A DNA stretch of 64,000 nucleotides from Anolis carolinensis (Eukaryota): positions 197,424,897-197,488,896 of the forward strand of contig NC_085845.1 of assembly GCF_035594765.1 (NCBI RefSeq). The letters run 5' to 3'. Under the pieces are notes generated by a model. The model did not search any database, had not been told where the DNA came from, and saw only the letters and a list, made by a program, of their open reading frames with translations. The stretch's first letter is position 1. Each line of letters begins with the position of its first letter. Of this stretch, positions 48,975 through 59,500 are shown in pieces. Made by a program: the position numbers and the translations under genes.

Positions 48975-50290
48975 TTAAATATGATATTAAAGATACTCAG
49001 GCAGGACACAATGCTCCAGGGATGTATGATATTAAATAGATAATAATAATAAACAGAACTATTTAATACCTCTGAGAATGTATGATATTAATCTCTGTGG
49101 ATATCTGACATGTAGGGATATATGATATTAATGCTCTAGGGATATATGATCTCAGATATATAACTAGATCTAGTTACTCTAGGGATGTAGGACACTGAAT
49201 AGAGACAGATATAAAACACTAAGCTCTAGGGATCTATTATATTAAATAGAAAATAAATAAATACATATAGATCTATTTAACATCTCTAGTAATATATGAT
49301 ATTAATATGCCCTAGGAATATATTATATTAAATAAGTAATAAAGTAATAGATAGATATACATCTATTTAATATCTCTTGGTATATATATTATATATTAAT
49401 GATATATAATAGACATACTCTAGGGATATATGATATATATGCTACAGAAATATGTATTTAATAGAAAATATACATAGAGAGATATAAATATAAATGATCT
49501 ATATAATATCTCTTGGGATATAAATATCAATGCTCCAGGGATATCTTATATTAAATAAAAAATAAATACACACACATAGATCTATTTAATATCACTAGGA
49601 ATATATGATATTAAATCAACATACTCTAGGAATATATTAAATAGGTAATAAAGCGATAAGATAGATAGATCTATTTAATAACTCTTGGGATATTTGATAT
49701 ATATGCTCTAGAAATATTTTTAAAATATGCTATAGAAGTATATGACATTTTAATAGATGATATACATAGAGAGAGATAAATCTAGATAGATCTACTTAAC
49801 ATCTTAATATATATAGTAATGCTCTAGGAATGCATGATATATAATAGATGTTTTAGGGACATATGATATATATCCTATAGAAAGAAATGATATTAAATAA
49901 ATACATAGAAATACAGATAGATCTATTTAATATCTCTCAGAATACATGAAATTAAATAGGTAATAAAGAGATAGATAAATAGATAGTTCTATTTAATAAC
50001 TCTTGGGATATATATTCATGCTCTAGGAACATATTATATGCTATAGAAATATATGATATATAGAGAGGAAAATATAGATAGCTCAAAATATCTTGGGATA
50101 TAAATATCAACGCCCCCGACATATATGATATTACATAGATCTATCGATAGCTCTACTTAATATCTCTAGGGATGTAGGATACTAAATAGATATCTGATGG
50201 AGATATAGAAGGATGGGTCTATTTAATACCCCTAGGGATATATTTTAGATAGATAAGACAGAGAGATAGGACACAAGGCTCTAGGGATCC
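48975..50290. repeat. AT-rich degenerate tandem repeat in CLDND1 intron 1
   Basis: Recurring ctctagggatatatgatattaaatag and gatctatttaatatctc modules. Confidence 0.8.
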
Positions 50291-50400
50291 CTCACGCCAC
50301 CCCTTTCCCCTGCAATGGACTTTCCCTTCCATCCACCCCTGTCTTCGGCCTTGGAAGAAACCATTCCACAAGGGGGGGTCCCCCCTTGGTCCTTCCTTAC

Positions 50401-50620
50401 CTACTCCCCTCCCATTGTCCTCTTCCTCCTCTCTCCGCCTGACGAGAGCCGCCAAGCTGCCTCCTCCTGCTCGGAGGCTTCTCCACACGCCCCCTCCCAC
50501 CGCCCTCTGCCGCGGAGCATGCTGGGAGGCGTAGTCCAGCGCTCTTATCTCCCGCTGCGCTCAGATAAGCCGATAGACCCGCGCCTTCGCGTTGCACTGT
50601 GGGTAGTGTAGTCACCATTT
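50401..50620 (-). promoter_or_regulatory. CLDND1 CpG promoter and 5' exon (donor GTAAG at 50400-50396)
   Basis: CpG island; ZNF143/THAP11-type GGACTACGCCTCCCAGCATGC (minus, 50517-50537); strong donor TAG|GTAAG facing CLDND1. Confidence 0.7.
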
Positions 50621-51066
50621 CTGCATTCTATGCCAGTGCTGGGAGCTCCCCAAACTACAACTCCCAGGATGTCATGGTTTGTAGGCGTGGCAGTTAAAGT
50701 GGTATCAACCTCCGTTAATTCTACAGCGTAGACACGGGGAATAGGATTGAGAAATAAATATTTTATAATTATCCTATTTATTCATACACTTCTATTCCTT
50801 GATTGAAAAACAAATACATTTATTATTATCTTATTTATGTATACCCCACTTTTAGGATTGAGAAATAGCTATTATTATTATTATCCTATTGATGCATATT
50901 TTGCTTTCATTTCTTGATTGAGAAACAGTGTTTTATTTATTTATTTATTTATTATCAACATTTATATCCCGCCCTTCTCACCCAGAAGAGGACTCAGGGC
51001 GGCTTACAAGTTATACTATTTACAGACAATATATTATGTTATTAACATAGCACAATATAAGCATTA

Positions 51067-51374
51067 CAGTAGAGTCTCACTTATCCAATGTTCTAGATTA
51101 TCCAACGCATTTTTGTAGTCAATGTTTTCAATACATCATGATATTTTGGTGCTAAATTCGTAAATACAGTAATTACAACATAACATTACTGCGTATTGAA
51201 CTACTTTTTCTGTCAAATTTGTTGTATAACATGAAGATTTGGTGCTTAATTTGTAAAATCATAACCTAATTTGATGTTTAATAGGCTTCTTCTTAATCCC
51301 TCCTTATTATCCAAGATATTCGCTTATCCAAGCTTCTGTCGGCCCGTTTAGCTTGGATAAGCGAGACTCTACTG
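51067..51374. mobile_element. Tc1/mariner-type MITE
   Basis: Same TIR, TA TSD. Confidence 0.9.
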
Positions 51375-51574
51375 TATTGTAATATTATTAGTAATATTAC
51401 ATGTAAAATATAATATATAATTAATATTATATTGTATTATTAGTATTATATCATATTACAATATAATATTATGAATATTATATGTATATACAATATGTTA
51501 TAATTATTATATATTATTGTAAATTATATTGTATATATATGTGTATATACATACACACACACATATATGATAAT

Positions 51575-51942
51575 GATAATACATTAATAATGTCACCATA
51601 AAAGGCTGTAGAGTTTAACCCAGACATGTCACAAATAGCATGACATGGAATAATAGTAATAATAATAATACAGTAATAATAATAATAATACAGTAATGAT
51701 TATGATGATAATACAATAATGATGATAATACATTAATAATGTCACCATAAAAGGCTGTAGAGTTTAACCCAGACATGTCACAAATAGCATGACATGGAAT
51801 AATAGTAATAATAATAACACAGTAATAATAATAACACAGTAATGATGATAATAATACAATAATGATGATGATGATACATTAATAATGTCACCATAAAAGC
51901 CTGTAAAGTTTAACCCAGACATGTCACAAATAGCATGACATG

Positions 51943-51984
<42 letters not shown>

Positions 51985-52410
51985 AGTAGTAATAATAATA
52001 ATACAGTAATGATGATTCAAAGACTCTGGCAGAAACCAGTGCAGGTGGTCCCGGTGGTGATGGGCACACTGGGTGCCGTGCCAAAAGATCTCAGCCGGCA
52101 TTTGGAAACAATAGACATTGACAAAATTACGATCTGCCAATTGCAAAAGGCCACCCTACTGGGATCTCCACGCATCATCCGAAAATACATCACACAGTCC
52201 TAGACACTTGGGAAGTGTTCGACTTGTGATTTTGTGATACGATATCCAGCATATTTATCTTGTTTGCTGTGTCATACAACGTCGTTGTGTCAATAATAAT
52301 ACAGTAATGATGATAATAATACAATAATAATGATGATGATGATACATTAATAATGTCACCATAAAAGCCAGTAGAGTTTAACCCAGAAATGTCACAAATA
52401 GCTAGCATCA
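51575..52410. repeat. Compound tandem repeat: four copies of a ~75-bp core separated by TAA/TGA microsatellite
   Basis: Core atacattaataatgtcaccataaaaggctgtagagtttaacccagacatgtcacaaatagc at ~51578, 51728, 51873 and 52342. Confidence 0.9.
52014..52292 (+). mobile_element. R4/Dong-clade 3' end (shorter copies 19137-19228 and ~36940-37142)
   Basis: [51 protein letters not shown]; AATAATAATACAGTAATGATGAT duplicated on both sides. Confidence 0.75.
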
Positions 52411-52450
52411 CTAAAAATAATAATAATATTTTATAATTATCCTATTTATT

Positions 52451-52836
52451 GGGTTGTTGTATGTCTTTCGGGCTGTGTGGCCATGTTTCAGAAGTATTCT
52501 CTCCTGACGTTTCGCCCACATCTATGGCAGGCATCCTCAGAGGTTGTGAGGCATGGATAAACTGGGCAAGGAAGGAAAAAATATATATCTGTGGAGAGTC
52601 CAGGGTGTGACAAGAGTCGGTTGTCAGTTGGAAGCCAGCGCTAATGTTTCAGTTAATCACCCTAATTAGCATTGGAAAGGTTTGTCTCTTGCCTGGGGGC
52701 CATCCTTTGTTCAGAGTCATTAGCCGTCCTTGGGGCTCCTCTGCCCTCAGAGTGTTGCTTCCCATCTACTGTTTTGATTTTTGAGTTTTTTAAATACTGG
52801 TTGCCAGATTTTGTTCATTTTCATGGTTTCCTCCTT
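52451..52836 (-). mobile_element. Penelope-like 3' fragment with intact hammerhead
   Basis: Homologous to 11210-11610 and 16136-16240. Confidence 0.8.
52503..52543 (-). ncRNA. Minimal type-I hammerhead ribozyme in Penelope-like repeat (intact)
   Basis: Reverse complement is identical to 16634-16674. Confidence 0.8.
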
Positions 52837-52962
52837 AGCATCATTTATATCCCGCCCTTCTCACCCAGAAGAGGACTCAGGGCGGCTTACAAGTTATATT
52901 TACATACAATATATTATGTTATTAACCATGTAATAGAAATATACAATTATAATAGTGTATTA

Positions 52963-53270
52963 CAGTAGAGTCTCACTTATCCAACGTTCTGGATTATCCA
53001 ACGCATTTTTGTAGTCAATGATTTCAAAACATCGTGATATTTTGGTGCTAAATTCGTAAATACAGTAATTACTACATAGCATTACTGCGTATTGAACTAC
53101 CTTTTCTGTCAAATTTGTTGTATAACATGATGTTTTGGTGCTTAATTTGTAAAATCATAACCTAATTTGATGTTTAATAGGCTTTTCCTTAATCCCTCCT
53201 TATTATCCAAGATATTCGCTTATCCAAGCTTCTGCCGGCCCGTTTAGCTTGGATAAATGAGACACTACTG
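52963..53270. mobile_element. Tc1/mariner-type MITE abutting the DCP1B promoter
   Basis: Same TIR, TA TSD. Confidence 0.9.
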
Positions 53271-53289
53271 TATTTCTCTCATTATTATT

Positions 53290-53525
53290 TATTTTAGGCC
53301 TGAGTTCGTTGCAACCACTCCTGGAGTGGATATCACTGAGCTGCGTTGCCAGGGGCAACAACGATCCCTAGCTTTTCCGTCTCCGCACTCGATTAGTCGA
53401 GCCTGGTCCCCTTGGTTTGGTTTCTTCAGCAACGACAACAGGACGGCCGATGGATCGATCTTTCGGCCATCGGCTCTCCGGGCCTGTTTGGTGTTTTTGG
53501 TGTTGTGTTGCTCAGGGGAGCAAGA
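53290..53525 (+). promoter_or_regulatory. DCP1B CpG promoter/5'UTR
   Basis: CpG-rich; RFX X-box GTTGCCAGGGGCAAC at 53345-53359; YY1/Kozak AAGATGGCGG at the ATG. Confidence 0.7.
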
Positions 53526-56500
53526 TGGCGGCGGGAGCGGCGGCAGGAGCGGTTTTGCCCGGAGCCGCCCCGCTGGGGAAGGGGCTGGACATCAGCCTGG
53601 CGGCTCTGCAGCGGCACGACCCTTACATCAGCAGCATCGTGGACGTGGCCAGCCAGGTGGCGCTCTACACCTTCGGCCACCGCGCCAGCGAGTGGGTGCG
53701 TGAACCAGAGGGAGGGCCGCCATTGAGGGAGGCTGGGAAAAGAAGCCGAAAAGGGGCGGCGGCCCCTTTAAGGAGGACACGTAGAATCATAGAGACCACG
53801 TGGGCCATCTAGTCCAACCCCATTTAGCCATGCAGGAAAAGCACAATCAAAGTATCCCTGACAGATGGCCATCCAGCCTCTGTTTAAAAGTCTCCAAGAA
53901 AGGACCTTCCACCACACTCTCTCAGCTGTCCCCTACCAAATTTATACTAGCTTGGGTACCCGGCGTTGCCCGAGTTATTTGAAGAAGTCAATTTTTTATT
54001 GTCCAAAATGCATAAAGTTCTGGGTGAACTACAACTCTCATCACGCCAGGTTTACCCCCTAAAACTCCATCAGTGGTTAAAGTTTGTCATGTTGGGCAAG
54101 TTTGCTCTCTAGAGGTATCATAGGTCGAGTTCAGTGTGCTCTCTGGCTGCAGAGAGATGTTTGTTCAACATCTTTATTAACGACTTAGACGAAGGGTTAA
54201 AAGGCACGATCATCAAATTTGCAGATGACACCAAACTGGGAGGGATAGCTAACACTCCAGAAGACAGGAGCAGAATTCAAAGCGATTTTGACAGACTAGC
54301 GAGAAAGGCCGAAACTAAGAAAATTAAGTTCAACAGGGACAAATGCAAGATACTTCACTTCAGAGTGATACTTCAGAGTCATGCAAATTCCACAACACTT
54401 TTTTGGTGGAGGAAAAAGAGAAAATCTAGGATGAAATTGTCCCTGAATGAAAGCCTTCACTTGGGTGGTGGGCAGTATGGTGTTTGTGGAGGACATTGGT
54501 AGTGCTCTTGGACATATTCATGGCACCCCTTTAACCTGCAATGTCATTGGAGGGAGTTGTAGTTGTTTGTGAAGGCGGGAGGCTGTCTGTGTAAATGGAC
54601 ACCCATGCCACATACACACATACAGATTTTCGCTTTTATTATGTGGATAGATAGATAGATAGGGACCCTTTCACATTAGCTGGAGATACTCTATTTACCT
54701 GAAAGAATACCTCTCCAGGAATTTCAAGGTCCTCCAGCACAGCTCTGTCATCTGATTTCATCTGAATGTTAATCACAGAATAATGCTGAAGGACTTACAA
54801 ATGCCTAGAAAAGTGTTCTCTCCAGGAATCTCTTGGCCCTTCAGAATAACTCCATGGTAGAAGTTGACTATGAAATCATGCTGGAGAACCTGGAGGTTCT
54901 TCGAGAGATCATATTAATCAAATCTGGAAATACTCAAATTCACAAAAGTGAAACCTGCAAATGTAGAGGGCTGACTGTCCTGGCTTCCATATATCCAGCA
55001 TTACCCAGAACCATTCCAAATACCTAGAAAAGGTACCAATAGGAACTCCTGTCTTTAGTAGCAGTAGCACCAATCCTAACAGAATAATGTCTTTAAATGC
55101 TCTGTGGTTTTTGATTTTGAATATGTATTAATAGTTTTTAACTGGGAAACTTTTAAAATGCTGTTTATATTTAATCCTATTTTAATTTTTGCATATTTGT
55201 ATATCTTAAATTGTATTCTGTTGCTTTTATGTTAAGCTGCTTTGAGTCTCCTGCAGGAGAGATAAAGCAGGGTATAAATAAATATAATAATAATCATAGA
55301 ATCGTAGAGTTGGAAGAGACCACATGGGCCATCTAGTCCAACCCATGCCATGCAGGAGATGCACAATCAAAGCAACCCTGACAGATGGCCATCCAGCCTC
55401 TGTTTCAAAGCTTCCAAGAAAGGAGCTTCCACCCTACTCCGAGGCAGAGAGTTCCACTGTTTTCTTACAACCAGGAACAGCCCCTGGTGGCAATTAAACC
55501 TCTTATGCCAGTAGGACTGCTGACTTGAAGGTTGAGTTGCTGACCTGAAGACTGCTGGTTAGAATCCAACTTGGGGAGAGCTCCTTCTGTCAGCTCCAGC
55601 TCCCCATACAGGGACATGAGAGAAGCCTCCCACTAGGATGGTAAAACACCAAACATCCAGGTGTCCCCTTGCAGACAGCCAACTCTCTCACACCAGAAAC
55701 AACCTGCAGTTTCTCAAGTCGCTACTGACACGAAAAAGAAGTCATCAAGTTCTTCCTAATAATTTTCAATGGAATATCCTTTCTTGTCATTTGAACCTAT
55801 TGCTCCGAGTCCTAGTTCTAACTGAGCTAAAGCTCAAAAGTGACATGCACAAGAAGTGGAAAAGGGGAGAAATCACCAAAGAAGAATTCAAACGTATAGC
55901 CAACACCTGTAGGGAAAAGGTTCGCAAGGCTAAAGCGCAAAATGAGCTCAGGCTTGCCAGGGACATAAAAAACAACAAAAAAGGCTTTTTTGCTTACGTT
56001 GGTAGAAAAAGGAAGAAAAAGGAGGCGATAGGGCCATTGCAAGGAGAAGATGGGGTGATGGCGACAGGGGACAGGGAAAAGGCAGAACTACTTAATGCCT
56101 TCTTTGCCTCGGTCTTCTCAGAAAAAGAAAGCCATCTTCAACCTCAGCAACACGGAATGGACGAAGGATTGGGGGAAATCCAACCCCAAATAGGGAAACA
56201 AGTTGTCCAGGAACACTTGGGCTCTCTAAACGAATTCAAGTCCCCAGGGCCAGATCAGCTACACCCAAGAGTACTGAAGGAACTAGCGGAAGTTATTTCA
56301 GAACCACTGGCAATTATCTTCGAGAGTTCTTGGAGAACGGGAGAAGTCCCAGCAGATTGGAGGAGGGCGAATGTGGTCCCTATCTTCAAGAAGGGAAAAA
56401 AGAACGACCCAAACAATTACCGTCCGGTCAGCCTCACATCAATACCAGGCAAAATTCTGGAAAAGATCATTAAGGAAGTGGTCTGCGAACACTTAGAAAC

Positions 56501-59500
56501 AAATGCGGTCATTGCTAATAGTCAACACGGATTTACCAAAAACAAGTCATGCCAGACTAATCTGATCTCTTTTTTCGATAGAGTTACGAGTTGGGTCGAT
56601 ACAGGGAATGCTGTGGATGTAGCGTACCTGGATTTCAGTAAGGCCTTCGACAAAGTCCCCCACGACCTTCTGGCAAACAAACTAGTAAAATGTGGGCTAG
56701 ACAAAACTACGGTTAGGTGGATCTGTAATTGGCTAAGCGAACGAACCCAAAGGGTGCTCACCAATGCGTCGTCTTCATCATGGAAAGAAGTGACAAGTGG
56801 AGTGCCGCAGGGCTCCGTCCTGGGCCCGGTTCTGTTCAACATCTTTATTAACGACTTAGACGAAGGGTTAGAAGGCACGATCATCAAGTTTGCAGACGAC
56901 ACAAAACTGGGAGGGATAGCTAACACTCCAGAAGACAGGAGCAGAATTCAAAACGATCTTGACAGACTAGAGAGATGGGCCAAAACTAACAAAATGAAGT
57001 TCAACAGGGACAAATGCAAGATACTTCACTTCGGCAGAAAAAATGGAAATCAAAGATACAGAATGGGGGACGCCTGGCTTGACAGCAGTGTGTGCGAAAA
57101 AGACCTTGGAGTCCTCGTGGACAACAAGTTAAACATGAGCCAACAATGTGATGCGGCTGCTAAAAAAGCCAATGGGATTCTGGCCTGCATCAATAGGGGA
57201 ATAGCGTCTAGATCCAGGGAAGTTATGCTCCCCCTCTATTCTGCCTTGGTCAGACCACACCTGGAATACTGTGTCCAATTTTGGGCACCACAGTTGAAGG
57301 GAGATGTTGACAAGCTGGAAAGCGTCCAGAGGAGGGCGACTAAAATGATTAAGGTTCTGGAGAACAAGCCCTATGAGGAGCGGCTTAAAGAGCTGGGCAT
57401 GTTTAGCCTGCAGAAGAGAAGGCTGAGAGGAGACATGATAGCCATGTACAAATACGTGAAGGGAAGTCATAGGGAAGAGGGAGCAAGCTTGTTTTCTGCT
57501 TCCCTGCAGACTAGGACACGGAACAATGGCTTCAAACTACAGGAAAGGAGATTCCACCTGAACATCAGGAAGAACTTCCTCACTGTGAGAGCTGCTCGAC
57601 AGTGGAACTCTCTCCCCGGGGCCGTGGTGGAGGCTCCTTCCTTGGAGGCTTTTAAGCAGAGGCTGGATGGCCATCTGTCGGGGGTGCTTTGAATGCGATT
57701 TCCTGCTTCTTAGCAGGGGGTTGGACTAGATGGCCCATGTGGTCTCTTCCAACTCTACTATTCTATGATTCTATGATTCTAGTTTCCAAGGCAGCAGAAA
57801 ACAAGGTCCCTCATGATATTCTCACAAGGTAGTAAAACGTGTGCTAGACAATTCTACTATTAGATGGATTGATAATGTTTTGAGCGGCTGAACCCAAAGG
57901 GTGCTTCTCTCCAATGGTTCTTCTTCATCCTGGAAAGAAGTGACTAATACAGTGCCCGATTAGTCTGTCCTGGACACAGTGGTATTCATTATCTTTATGA
58001 ATGTCTTAGACGATGGAATAGAGAGCTTATTGATCAAATTTGTAGATGATACCAAATTGGGAGGAACAGATAATATCCAGAGGACAAGAGCAGGATCAAA
58101 AATGACCCAAGCAGTTGAGTGAGCTGGGCCACGACTGTCAAAATGAATTTCAACAGGGAGCAATGTATGGTGCTACACTTAATCAGAAGAAATAAAATCC
58201 ACACACATAGACACCTGGCTTGAAAACAGTATGTGTGAAAAGGACCTAGGAGTCTTGGTATAGGAGGCAAAGAGGTGACGTAAGAGCCACATTGAAATAA
58301 TTGAAAGGATGTCATGTTGAGAAGGACATAAGCTTGTTTTCTGCTGGTTGAAAAACTAAGGCACAGAGCCATGGATTAAAGGAAAGGGGATTTCACTTAA
58401 ACATTAGGAAGAAATTCTGGATGGTGGGAGCTGTCCAACAATGAAATCAGATGTGTCTGAATGTAGTGCAGTCTCCTTTTTTGGGAGGACTGTGAGCTGT
58501 TTACCCTCTGGGAAGGCAAATGAGTCCTCTTCTGTGGAAGTTTAAAAAAAAAACCCAGGTGTGATAGCTACATCTAAGGGAAGGTAGCTTGGATTTGTGC
58601 TCTGAAAGGGAATTTGACTAAATAACTCTTAGATGTCTCTTCCAATTACGTCATCCTTTTGATGTCTGTTTGTGGGTGGATTTGTATCTTGTTTATTAGC
58701 AGCATGTTTAAAATTCACTCTGACAGAGGCCCCGCTTGTGTATCTCTGGAAAGCTGGACTCCCAGCTGCTCTGTTCTCTCCATCCCAATCTGGGTCAATC
58801 AGTCTGGTTCAGAGCACTTCCTAAGTAGGACATCATCCTAGATTCATCAATTTCAGTAGCTGTGTGCTTAAAATATAGATGGTAATTTGAGCCTTGGACT
58901 CTGAAGAGCAGGGTTCAAATTCCTGCTTAGCTTAAAAACCCACTGGAAGACCTTGGGCACGTTCCACAAATTTTTAGCCTCGGAAAAAAACCATGACAAG
59001 TTTGCCTTAGGTTCACCGTAAGTCGGAAATGACTTGGGTTTGCTTTTACAGAATAGACCAGGCATGGGCAAACTTTGGTTGGGTTAGGGATTGTGGGAGT
59101 TGAAGTCCAAAACACCCGAAGAGCTGAAGTTTGCCCATGCCTGCAATAGACTATTATGTAAAGCAGTGGTTTCCAACATTTGGGCCTCCAGGTGTTTTGG
59201 ACTAGAAAATGTAAATACTTTCTCTGACAAAATATGTGTGGCTGTAAGATCACAAATTAGCCAACAGCTGACCTTGCTTGTTTATAAAGCAGCATTTCAC
59301 CGCTTACATATTATTATATTACAGTACCAAAACTTGAAAAAGTTACAGTTCAGACCATGCTAGCTGTGGGAGGGAGATCCAAAATTGTAATTTTCCACAG
59401 CTGTTCAGTGGACACAAGCAAAAGGTAATGCATGGGAGACACAAATATGTCCTTGAATTATATTCACCAATATGAAAAAAGTATACCGTATATACCAGAA

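Noticed and set aside
51575-52410. CRISPR-like repeat/spacer appearance
   Set aside because: Vertebrate DNA; the 'spacers' are TAA/TGA microsatellite, repeats are ~75 bp, and there are no cas genes.
55638-55817. N-terminal 60 aa of the 684-aa ORF as a host-TE fusion protein
   Set aside because: It is chance in-frame read-through from a SINE and an antisense CR1 upstream of the TSD; the CR1 is 5'-truncated and lacks the endonuclease.
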